DNA from: Sedimentisphaera cyanobacteriorum
Lineage (GTDB): Bacteria; Planctomycetota; Phycisphaerae; Sedimentisphaerales; Sedimentisphaeraceae
Assembly: GCF_001997385.1 (NCBI RefSeq)
Contig: NZ_CP019633.1
Location: 960,001-992,000, forward strand
Reading direction: 5' to 3'
Length of the DNA: 32,000 bases
Shown: positions 1 to 7,614 of the stretch, one piece after another
Layout of the letters: every line of letters starts with the position of its first letter
Position numbering within the stretch: position 1 is the stretch's first letter
Made by a program: the position numbers and the translations under genes
Notes under the pieces: model-generated
Told to the model about the DNA's origin: nothing
Seen by the model: the letters and a program-made list of their open reading frames with translations, nothing else
The model's database searches: none

Positions 1-873
1 ATTTACAGTGAACACTACCGGATTGCTCAATCCGCCCCTTACAATTCTTATATCTTTCTTTCTCGCCCCAACTTTGAAGCCGCCGGAATAAGTTACTGCA
101 TGGCTGACTGTCATATTGTCACGATACGCATAGGCAGCAGCAGAAGGTACTGCACCAAAAACATATATTTCCTGATTCCTTGTGGAAGGTATGTATATAT
201 AGTCGCCGGGGAGAAGGGGTATATTATGAAGCATATCATGTTCACGTATTAGTTTTACAAAACTAACGGGAAGAGTTTTCCCGTCCCTTACTATATAGGA
301 ATTTTCAAGATCGGCCATTTCTACGGTATTTCCCCGAAACATACCAGTTCGAAATCCTCCTGCAGTTGCAATCGCATCCAGCAGAGTCATCTGACTTGAA
401 ATTGGGTAAGTTCCAGATGAGCCCACTTTACCGAGAATTGTATAGCTTCCGCTTTTCATCTGTACAGGATTTATTGTAACCCTCGGTTCCACAAGATACT
501 TTTCGTAAGCCTTTTCAACTTTGGCGGTGGCTTCTGAAACAGAAAGCTCCATAACTTCTATATCTCCGACCAGCGGCAGAGAAATACATCCGTCTGTACG
601 AACTGTCAGATTTGTCGAGCTCAGCTCAGTTTCGTTATACACCTCCACATCAAGCACATCAGACATTCCAATCGTATAGGGCTCCATCCGCACCTTCTGG
701 AGCTCTCTGAGCTGTTCAACCACCTGCTGCTCAGTTCTTGGCCTTGCACCTACAAATGTATATGCGGCCTTGTCCATCTCAGGCGAATCTACTATATGCG
801 GCACAAACCTTTCCCTGTCTGCGCAACCGAGAAAAAGCGAAACGAACAAAATGTAAATTGTGCATCTAGTCAT
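1..873 (-). CDS. Polysaccharide export outer-membrane lipoprotein (Wza-like; Poly_export + SLBB-like). The C-terminus runs off the left window edge.
   Basis: Absent from the ORF track because there is no stop in the window. My reverse-complement translation from the ATG at 873-871 stays open to position 1 (291 codons). It begins MTRCTIYILFVSLFLGC, a signal peptide plus lipobox Cys. It continues with YTIGMSDVLDVEVYNE...VRTDGCISLPLVGDIEVMELSVSEA, which matches the Poly_export pattern. An SLBB-like stretch follows: YTILGKVGSSGTYP..MTLLDAIATAGG. The gene lies 8 nt downstream of the Wzc-like gene on the same strand. Confidence 0.8.
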   Translation of the reverse strand, partial: MTRCTIYILFVSLFLGCADRERFVPHIVDSPEMDKAAYTFVGARPRTEQQVVEQLRELQKVRMEPYTIGMSDVLDVEVYNETELSSTNLTVRTDGCISLPLVGDIEVMELSVSEATAKVEKAYEKYLVEPRVTINPVQMKSGSYTILGKVGSSGTYPISSQMTLLDAIATAGGFRTGMFRGNTVEMADLENSYIVRDGKTLPVSFVKLIREHDMLHNIPLLPGDYIYIPSTRNQEIYVFGAVPSAAAYAYRDNMTVSHAVTYSGGFKVGARKKDIRIVRGGLSNPVVFTVN

Positions 874-881
874 TTTATACA

Positions 882-2933
882 TCAACCCAAACTTAAATCA
901 CCAAAATTAATCACTGTACCAACTTTTTTGTCAGTCCCGGCTGAAGCAAGTTTGGTAACCTTATCCAAAGCAGATACTGTATTGCTTCCATATTTTGTTA
1001 CAAGAATATTGTAGTTTGAAGAATGCATAATGCAGCTTGAAACCTGATAATTTTTCTTAGGAGAAAACAGTTCAACGAAGATGCAGTCGTATTCAGAGAA
1101 GCTGTTTTTGAAGTTATCAACCATCTCAGGCAGTATATTCATCTTGCTTACGTTGCTGTCGATAATATAATATAGCCTTGAAACCCTCTCATTTATCTTA
1201 ACGGGTTCGGGCAGAATCATATTCTCTTCGCGGAAATCTTGGAAATTGATTATGGATTCCTTCGGCACCTGAATAATCCTTTTTGCATCCTCTTCTACTA
1301 CTCTCTTAAGGATCAAAAACCTCTTGCCGGTAACAGATTTCATATCTGTAATATCATCCATAATCGTGCTTTTGCCTTCTTTATTCTTCACCGAAGAGAA
1401 ACTTACCATTGTATTGCGACTGCTGCTTGTCTGCTGGTCTATCTTGTTTACCACAACCTGCAGCGTGGCGAAATAAGTGGTAAGCGTAGAATTTTTCTTC
1501 TTGGGAAGGGTGCCGATAAATTCTACAGCATTCATAGAATCTAGGTCCCCCGGGACTTTCACACCCGGGCTGAATATCGCATAAACCAGCACAAATACAA
1601 CTCCGAAGAAAGCGGTTCCAAAAGTTGAAACAATTGCCAGAATTTTCCTCCCTGTTGGCTCAGGGAATACCGGAGCAACCGCCCTTTCAAGAATGCCTAT
1701 GTCGTGAGAGCTTGAGTCCTTGGCAATCCTAACCTCAGATATCCGCCTGTCTATTACATCCAAAAGCTCCCTTGAGACATCCACTTTATGCTTGGCATTC
1801 ATATATTCTTCCTGAACATTTGATATGCCTTTAAGCTCAGAACGAATCTCCTCTATGCGATTTTTTCGTTTTAAAATAGTCTCATCCAAAACAACGTACT
1901 CATTCTTCATAGAAGTAAGCTGGGCCTCAAGGTCCTGACGAACTGTATTGAGTGATATTGTCCTGCTGTCGGGAACTTCCTTTTCCTGAACGTTCTGTTC
2001 TTTATATTTTTTAAGCTGCTTGAGCTTTAGTTTCATCTCCTTAATTTTCGGATTGTTTTCGGTGTATCGCTGAAGACTCCTTTCCAGCTCCCTTTCAAGC
2101 AGCTCAATTTCTTTGCCGCTTTCTCTGGTGAGCGTTTCGCTAACTTGAACCTTCTCCGGCAGGTCGGCAATCCTCTTTTTCATATCATCAATTTTGGATT
2201 GGAGCTCTTCTTTCCTCATAAGGGCTTCCTGATAAGCCACCTCAGCATCGCTGAGCTGCCCCATTTTCATCTCCAGCTCCTGATCGGGCTGGATAACTCC
2301 CAGTTTTTCCTTAACCCTCTTGAGCTCGTCTTCAGCATCGCTGACTTGCTGAAAAACTTTCTCCCTTTGGCTTAGGTAGTACTGATAAACCTCCTGAGCA
2401 GATTCGTTGAACACCTGCGAATATGTTTCAATAAACACCTCGCACATAGTGTTTGCAATATCTTTGCAGATCTGAGGGTCTTTGTATGTGGACTTAACGT
2501 AAAACGTGTCTGAGCGGTTTCCTGCCCTAACTTCAATAATCCCGTAGAGATCTCTTACGCTAAGCTCGAGGTCCAGCCTGTCTTTAACCTTCTCAAGATT
2601 TCTTCTTATCTTTACAGTCTCCAGCACAGTATTGGCATCGACTTGAGGATAAAGATAAGGGCCTTCTTCATTTCGACCGAGCCTTACCATAATCGCCTGA
2701 GTGGTGTAAACCTTGGTTTTGTATTTAGAGATATAAAAGAACGAAGCAAGCCCTGAACCAATCGAAATCATGGTAATCGGCAGAAGCCAATACAACAAGA
2801 GCTTAAGTATATACTTGAAATTAAGCCTTATCAGAAGGTTCATACCTCCCATTTCCTGCTGGGCATGCATCAGATTCCTTGCAGCAGGGTCAAATGAGTG
2901 GTTTAATTGCTGATCATGGTCAGGTTCATACAT
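882..2933 (-). CDS. Polysaccharide co-polymerase / chain-length determinant (Wzc/GumC-like, PCP-2 architecture) with a degenerate C-terminal P-loop domain
   Basis: 683-aa ORF. TM1 is LLLYWLLPITMISIGSGLASFFYI. A Wzz-like region follows, with a long charged coiled-coil (..ELKRVKEKL..KLKLKQLKKYKEQ..). A GNVR-like segment, GILERAVAPVFPEPTGRK, is followed directly by TM2 (ILAIVSTFGTAFFGVVFVLVYAIF). The cytoplasmic tail carries a Walker-A-like SVKNKEGKST and a Walker-B-like CIFVELFSP. There is no C-terminal Tyr cluster. The gene overlaps the upstream gene by 8 nt. Confidence 0.75.
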   Translation of the reverse strand: MYEPDHDQQLNHSFDPAARNLMHAQQEMGGMNLLIRLNFKYILKLLLYWLLPITMISIGSGLASFFYISKYKTKVYTTQAIMVRLGRNEEGPYLYPQVDANTVLETVKIRRNLEKVKDRLDLELSVRDLYGIIEVRAGNRSDTFYVKSTYKDPQICKDIANTMCEVFIETYSQVFNESAQEVYQYYLSQREKVFQQVSDAEDELKRVKEKLGVIQPDQELEMKMGQLSDAEVAYQEALMRKEELQSKIDDMKKRIADLPEKVQVSETLTRESGKEIELLERELERSLQRYTENNPKIKEMKLKLKQLKKYKEQNVQEKEVPDSRTISLNTVRQDLEAQLTSMKNEYVVLDETILKRKNRIEEIRSELKGISNVQEEYMNAKHKVDVSRELLDVIDRRISEVRIAKDSSSHDIGILERAVAPVFPEPTGRKILAIVSTFGTAFFGVVFVLVYAIFSPGVKVPGDLDSMNAVEFIGTLPKKKNSTLTTYFATLQVVVNKIDQQTSSSRNTMVSFSSVKNKEGKSTIMDDITDMKSVTGKRFLILKRVVEEDAKRIIQVPKESIINFQDFREENMILPEPVKINERVSRLYYIIDSNVSKMNILPEMVDNFKNSFSEYDCIFVELFSPKKNYQVSSCIMHSSNYNILVTKYGSNTVSALDKVTKLASAGTDKKVGTVINFGDLSLG

Positions 2934-4071
2934 TAAAGATCTCTCGCTCTAAGACTCTTCTAATATCAGTTATTGAATTAACGTCTTCAGGCATCTGCCT
3001 GTCGGACTTTATAAAACAGTAAGAATCTTTATCATCGGGATGATAGCCGTGCATACCTGGAATACTCTTGAGTCCCATAAAGCTGGGCACTATCAAACAT
3101 CCTTCATTCATCAGGAAAATAACTTCTCCAAACTTGCGGTCTTCAAAGAAAACATGCATTTTTTTGAGCTCTTCATCGCTGACTATATACCCTTTGCTGC
3201 ATTCACCCAGTTTTTCTGTTATCTTACTTCTCGCTTCCTCGTTCATAAACCAGAATCTTGCCATGGTAGAATCGTACATTGCAACATAATCTTCTCCGAA
3301 ACTGAGCCCGAGGGTTTCGATTTGCGAGATCAGGTCAACCGATTCGGTAACGTTGGCCATACCGTGATCTGATATAGTGTAAAACGCCACTTCATCATAT
3401 TTCTCTTCCGCAAGCTTTTTAACCTCACTAACCTGCTCCTCGAGCCACCTGATCTTCTCCTCTACCTGCGGGGCATTATTCCCGTATTCGTGCATAACAG
3501 CATCCAGCTTCGGGAGATAGAGATACATAAATTCAATCCTGCGCTCTTTAATCGTTTCTTTGGCTATCTCAAGATTTCTCTTCTCTGGCAAACGCCAATT
3601 GGAGCAGTGGTATGGTATATCTTCGCTGTAGAGCTTGTCGAAGATTGTATCTGTGGCAAGGATGCCGCCCGGGACAAAATAATCTTGTTTTTCCAAATAA
3701 TCAAAATAAGGCAGAACCTCAAACGGGACGCTGTATATCTGAAAGTAACCTGTGAAGCCGTAAAACTTTGCTAGAATTTTACTGAGCCAATGCCTTACGC
3801 GTCCCCTGTCAAAAATCTGCCTCGGAAGTATGGAAAGCAGTTTCATCATTCTGAACGGCGACTTATCCGGTGCATAGTAAAAGCAGGACCAGTGAGTATG
3901 CTCATCTGGGTAGCGGCCAGTCAGTATTGACGGGTCTGCCGCTGATGAGAAGCCGAAGGTTGTCTGAAGCTTTTTTGCCTCCGGAAGAATGTTGTCTAAA
4001 AAACCATACCTCTTGTAAACTTCCCAGCCGAATGCATCGATAAACGTGCATATTGTTATCTTCTTACCCAT
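2926..4071 (-). CDS. Alkaline-phosphatase-superfamily enzyme, type I phosphodiesterase/nucleotide pyrophosphatase (NPP)-like, predicted cytoplasmic
   Basis: 381 aa. The N-terminal metal-ligand motif is ICTFIDAFGW. An NPP-style nucleophile segment, FGFSSAADPSILTGRYPDEHTHW, places a Ser at the position of the NPP Thr (compare TFPNHYSIVTGLYPESHG). Downstream metal ligands are ISDHGM and IPGMHGYHPDD. I see no signal peptide or TM segment. The start overlaps the upstream stop by 1 nt (TAATG at 4069-4073). Confidence 0.7.
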   Translation of the reverse strand: MGKKITICTFIDAFGWEVYKRYGFLDNILPEAKKLQTTFGFSSAADPSILTGRYPDEHTHWSCFYYAPDKSPFRMMKLLSILPRQIFDRGRVRHWLSKILAKFYGFTGYFQIYSVPFEVLPYFDYLEKQDYFVPGGILATDTIFDKLYSEDIPYHCSNWRLPEKRNLEIAKETIKERRIEFMYLYLPKLDAVMHEYGNNAPQVEEKIRWLEEQVSEVKKLAEEKYDEVAFYTISDHGMANVTESVDLISQIETLGLSFGEDYVAMYDSTMARFWFMNEEARSKITEKLGECSKGYIVSDEELKKMHVFFEDRKFGEVIFLMNEGCLIVPSFMGLKSIPGMHGYHPDDKDSYCFIKSDRQMPEDVNSITDIRRVLEREIFNV

Positions 4072-5195
4072 TAGTTAAACCTTTCCCACAGACACATAAA
4101 CCTGCTGCGTTTTTGATTTTCGCTTTCACATCCCAGCGCCCGGCAAACCTGCCTTAAATTTAAAGTCTTATCCCCGAGAAAATGAGGAAGCACATAAAAG
4201 AGCCTGTATCTTGGATACTTCAAATACCATTTTAATGAGAAATTCTTAAAGCCGCACGTGCGGCAGTTTAATGCAACATTTTTGAGAATCTGCTTTGCGC
4301 TTACCTTTTCCAGACGCTTATTTTTTATCGAATCCAACACCACATCAAAACTTTCTTCCGTTCTGTAAAGCCTGCTCATTGTATAGCAGTAAATTTGAAG
4401 ATGCAAACCAACAGTTTTCTTGAGCAGCTGCTCTAACTGTTCTTTTGAAAACATATTTCTCTGAGGCCGGAATTTGTATTCCATTGAATCTGCAAAAAGC
4501 TGTTCAAGCCCAAATTCGGCCACTTCAGGCCTCTTCTGGAGGGAATTAAAGATTTCAAGTCTTTTGCGGTATGAAAAATGATACTGCCCTTCCGCCATAA
4601 TCAGTGAATCACCCTGAGCCATCAAAGCTTTATAAATATTCCGCGTTACAAATTCATCATTTTCCCTGTCGAGACTGCTTTCTTTGAGCCTTTCAGAAGC
4701 GAGGATCAGCCCTGCACCTCTATTTAGAAGCAGCTTTGCAGCCTCGATAAGGCTTATTTGGCTGCCTTCATAATCGGGCATTATATCAAGGGTGTTTTTA
4801 TTTCCCCAGATAATTTTATGCCCGTATTTGAGCTCATAGTTAAAGAGAGTAAAAGGTGCCTTCTTCATCTGTGATACAGTTTTAAGCGGCCCGAAATCTA
4901 CCTCTATACCGCATCTTTCCTCAAGGGAGGGGGAAAGGGCGTTGAGTTTTTCCTGATAATCAGAAGCCTTAGCCCCGTCTTTGATTACGACAAACATATC
5001 GTAATCGTTGTAAAGCTTTTCTTCTCCGTCTTCAAAAAATACGCCTCCCTCCTGCCTGCCATATCCTCCTGCAAGAACTACCGCCTCAAGCGAGTGTTCA
5101 GTGATAACAGACAGAACCGCCTGATTAATCAGCTCGCAGTGGCTGTCTATGAGAGAATCAATCTTATCTCCGTAAACTGTATATCTGCTCGCCAT
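4071..5195 (-). CDS. Pol-beta-superfamily nucleotidyltransferase-domain protein with a helical C-terminal domain; substrate unknown
   Basis: 374 aa. It has the minimal NTase signature hG[GS]-x(n)-DhDh, seen as VVLAGGYGRQEGGVFFEDGEEKLYNDYDMFVVI. A candidate third carboxylate lies in GIEVDFGPL. The C-terminal ~230 aa looks helical and contains no motif I recognise. Confidence 0.55.
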   Translation of the reverse strand: MASRYTVYGDKIDSLIDSHCELINQAVLSVITEHSLEAVVLAGGYGRQEGGVFFEDGEEKLYNDYDMFVVIKDGAKASDYQEKLNALSPSLEERCGIEVDFGPLKTVSQMKKAPFTLFNYELKYGHKIIWGNKNTLDIMPDYEGSQISLIEAAKLLLNRGAGLILASERLKESSLDRENDEFVTRNIYKALMAQGDSLIMAEGQYHFSYRKRLEIFNSLQKRPEVAEFGLEQLFADSMEYKFRPQRNMFSKEQLEQLLKKTVGLHLQIYCYTMSRLYRTEESFDVVLDSIKNKRLEKVSAKQILKNVALNCRTCGFKNFSLKWYLKYPRYRLFYVLPHFLGDKTLNLRQVCRALGCESENQKRSRFMCLWERFN

Positions 5196-5205
5196 AGATA
5201 CCTTT

Positions 5206-5820
5206 CTATCCTGATTTTCTCAAATCAGAGATCTTGTCAATTAATTCATCGGTAATCCGCTCCATATCCCCTTCGCCGCTGAAAACACAATCGGCTTTTG
5301 TCCTGCTGGGGCAGATATACTTATCGTGCATAGGCCTTACAGTACTGAGGTACTGATTGATTACAGACTCAACATCTCTGCCGCGCTGGCTGGTATCACG
5401 AATTACCCTCCTTGCAAGCCTGATGTCTGCCGCACATTCCACAAAAACCTTCAGCGAAGCAAGCTCGAGCAGGCTCTGCTGACATAGAGTGAAAAGCCCT
5501 TCAATAAAAACAAATTCGGCAGGCTGAACAATCTTAGTTTCTGAGGTTCTGGTATGAGTGGAGAAATCATAAACAGGCAATTCAGCAGGCATAGAGTCTG
5601 AAAGACTCGCAGCAGCGGAGCAAAGCCAGCTTTCATCAATTGCCGAGGGCATATCGAAATTGTGATTAAGAAGCTGCTCTTCTGAAAAAGATGACAAATC
5701 TTTGTAGAAGTTATCGGTGGGTATTACAACGCACTCCGGCTCCATTCTGCTCTGAACAGTAGAGCATAGCGTTGATTTGCCCGAGCAACTGCCTCCTGCT
5801 ATTAATATTAATGTGGACAT
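5206..5820 (-). CDS. udk: Uridine/cytidine kinase family P-loop kinase (Udk/PRK family)
   Basis: 204 aa, with near-complete Udk motif series. These are LILIAGGSCSGKSTL (P-loop), VIPTDNFYKD, NFDMPSAID, LPVYDFSTHTR, FVFIEGLF and DIRLARRVIRDTSQRGRDVESVINQYLSTVRPMHDKYICPSRTKADCVF. The family call is confident. Its physiological role inside an EPS operon is not established. Confidence 0.75.
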   Translation of the reverse strand: MSTLILIAGGSCSGKSTLCSTVQSRMEPECVVIPTDNFYKDLSSFSEEQLLNHNFDMPSAIDESWLCSAAASLSDSMPAELPVYDFSTHTRTSETKIVQPAEFVFIEGLFTLCQQSLLELASLKVFVECAADIRLARRVIRDTSQRGRDVESVINQYLSTVRPMHDKYICPSRTKADCVFSGEGDMERITDELIDKISDLRKSG

Positions 5821-5834
5821 CCGTGTTCACCATT

Positions 5835-7232
5835 TCACTGATTATTGTAAAAAAATCTGTTAAAGATAGCCCCGAACAAAACCTGAATATCCATAAGCGG
5901 CGTTCTATGATAACAATAAAAGGAATCGTTAAGCATATCCTGATCTATGTCTTGATTTGGCGAAATACTCTCAGAATAACTGAAAATCCCCGGCCTGTAA
6001 AATTGGAGCGTTTCGATGAAATTTCTGGTTTTATCAGTGTCCTCGTAGAGGGTATTGCCGGTTAGATGTAGATTTCCCTTGAAAGCCTCTATAAGCAGCG
6101 GGAATTTATCCAAAGACAGCTTAACAAACAGATTCAGAATAAAGTTGCTTCTGTTTACAACATTCACCCTGACTGTTCGAAGGTTTTTGGAAATTATAAA
6201 GCTTTTGCGTTTGAAATTAGCTCTGCTGGCATTAACAAAAGGCCAGAAAACGCTGTAAGGCACGCAATAAACTATAATAAGGAAAACAGTAATAAAGTAA
6301 TGCGCCGCTTTTCTTATGGCTGCTGTTCTTGCCTTCTCGGCAATTTTGGAAGTAAGGAAGCTGTCAACAATTTCAATCCTGTCGCCAGTATCCGGCGAAA
6401 TGAGGTAATTCTTATAAACAATCTTGTTCACAAGCTCAACGCCCGGGCCGATATAGCTGTTTCCATATATGATGCTTGAGGATACAGTAGCATCAGAGTC
6501 TATGATGATATTATCACCAATTATGGTTTCTGCACCTATAGAGCAGGAATTTCTGAGCTGGACATTGTTGCCTATCATAACCGGCTTATCAATCCTGCTG
6601 CTTTTTGCAAGCGCAACATTCTGCCCGATGAATACATCCCTCTCACTGCTGTATCCGGGAAGAACAAAATTAGCGGCTCTTTCCCTTATAATCGACCTGC
6701 TGAGGGCAAAGTAATCCTGAATGCCGTCGATTCGGGAGATTGAGAGCGTGGAATCAAGAAACTCCTCGAGGCTTTCCAAGTCAACCCGTCCCTCTGTATC
6801 ACGGCTATTGAGGGAATAAATCCTGAAATCCCCTTCCTGAAGATAGCCCGTGGATGCGTTTATAAAATCGGAATAATCCACCTTTTCCTTGTCGTAATTG
6901 ATAAAACCGAATCCATCTATTACGAGAAGATCAGAGCTGCTGCAGAATCCCATGTTTTTCAGGAACACCTTAGCAAGCGAATCTTCTTTCCTGGAAAGGT
7001 TGTAAGATATATCGACACCCAAAATCTCTCCGCCGCCGAGGAAGTTGCTTATGCTTCCGTTATCATCAACAGTAACTACCCTTATCTGTTTTATACCTAT
7101 CAGCGCGCAGAAATCCACATAATACTCGAGAAGCGGTTTATTCGCTATTCTGAGCTTATAAGGCGACTCATCCGGGAAAAAACTTTTCACCCAGTCAGTA
7201 TTGTCAGGTCTGCAATAAATAAGAGCCTTCAT
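5835..7232 (-). CDS. Fusion protein: degenerate sugar-nucleotidyltransferase-like domain + left-handed beta-helix (hexapeptide repeats) + TM helix + degenerate phosphoglycosyltransferase (Bac_transf-like) domain
   Basis: 465 aa. The N-terminus (MKALIYCRPDNTDW..ANKPLLEYYVDFCALIGIKQIRVV) resembles the NTP_transferase fold but lacks the GGxGTRL loop. Hexapeptide-type repeats follow: GQNVALAKSSRIDKPVMIGNNVQLRNSCSIGAETIIGDNIIIDSDATVSSSIIYGNSYIGPGVEL. The TM helix is HYFITVFLIIVYCVPYSVFWPF. The C-terminus aligns by eye to Bac_transf: SLDKFPLLIEAFKGNLHLTGNT versus consensus S(I/L)DELPQLxNVLxGxMSLVGPRP, YRPGIFSYSE versus PGITGxxQ, and DSFYCYHRTPLMDIQVLFGAI versus DxxYxxxxSxxxDxxIxxxT. The catalytic Asp-Glu is replaced by Asp-Lys and the PRP is lost. 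Confidence 0.6.
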   Translation of the reverse strand: MKALIYCRPDNTDWVKSFFPDESPYKLRIANKPLLEYYVDFCALIGIKQIRVVTVDDNGSISNFLGGGEILGVDISYNLSRKEDSLAKVFLKNMGFCSSSDLLVIDGFGFINYDKEKVDYSDFINASTGYLQEGDFRIYSLNSRDTEGRVDLESLEEFLDSTLSISRIDGIQDYFALSRSIIRERAANFVLPGYSSERDVFIGQNVALAKSSRIDKPVMIGNNVQLRNSCSIGAETIIGDNIIIDSDATVSSSIIYGNSYIGPGVELVNKIVYKNYLISPDTGDRIEIVDSFLTSKIAEKARTAAIRKAAHYFITVFLIIVYCVPYSVFWPFVNASRANFKRKSFIISKNLRTVRVNVVNRSNFILNLFVKLSLDKFPLLIEAFKGNLHLTGNTLYEDTDKTRNFIETLQFYRPGIFSYSESISPNQDIDQDMLNDSFYCYHRTPLMDIQVLFGAIFNRFFYNNQ

Positions 7233-7259
7233 AGAACCCCTTCAGCAGGAAGAACACAT

Positions 7260-7595
7260 TTACAAACTAAAACTCTCAACCGCTGTATCCAAATCGTCAT
7301 AGATATCAAAGACCTTATGAGCACGGGTAATCTCAAAAACCATTTTCGGCTTGGGAGAAAGATTAACTATCTTAAGATCCCCGCCCTTTGGTATGGTTTT
7401 TTTGAGACATGAAACCAATCCTCCAAGACCTGTACTGTCTATAAACTCAAGTTTGTCAAGGTTGAAAACAAACTTGCTGTTTGTTTCAATATACTTGTCG
7501 AATTGAGTTTTGAGGTTTTGCACAGTGTTAGAGTCCAGCCTGCCTTCTAAAGAAAGCACGCAAACATCATCCCGTATTTCCATGTCGAACTTCAT
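7260..7595 (-). CDS. STAS-domain anti-sigma-factor-antagonist-like protein (SpoIIAA/RsbV/SypA type)
   Basis: The ORF track gives 7260-7634 (124 aa). I prefer the ATG at 7595 (MKFDMEIRDDVCVLSLEGRLDS.., 111 aa). It has an AAAGGA Shine-Dalgarno 6-7 nt upstream and avoids a 20-nt overlap with the PGT gene. The conserved phosphorylatable-Ser motif LEFIDSTGLGGLV is present, with the Ser54 codon at 7434-7436. Confidence 0.8.
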   Translation of the reverse strand: MKFDMEIRDDVCVLSLEGRLDSNTVQNLKTQFDKYIETNSKFVFNLDKLEFIDSTGLGGLVSCLKKTIPKGGDLKIVNLSPKPKMVFEITRAHKVFDIYDDLDTAVESFSL

Positions 7596-7614
7596 AAAGT
7601 TCCTTTCTTTTTTA

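Noticed and set aside
796-1014. 72-aa plus-strand ORF spanning the Wza-like / Wzc-like gene junction
   Set aside because: It lies antisense to two well-supported minus-strand genes and has no motif. It is a typical shadow ORF. The same reasoning applies to the other short antisense ORFs in the track, for example 1239-1544, 2145-2375, 3040-3372, 3490-3774, 6055-6258, 9570-9878, 11555-11838, 17524-17907, 18702-18962, 27308-27697, 28033-28359 and 31605-31904.
2926-5820. Kinase / NTase / AP-family trio as a nucleotide-signalling anti-phage defence system (CBASS-like or similar)
   Set aside because: The NTase motif (GGYGRQEGG..DYD) does not resemble the CD-NTase signature. No effector-type gene (nuclease, TIR, SIR2, pore-former) is adjacent. 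The genes are also translationally coupled into the EPS operon. I cannot fully exclude it without searches, so the cassette is reported as a finding with the biosynthetic interpretation preferred.
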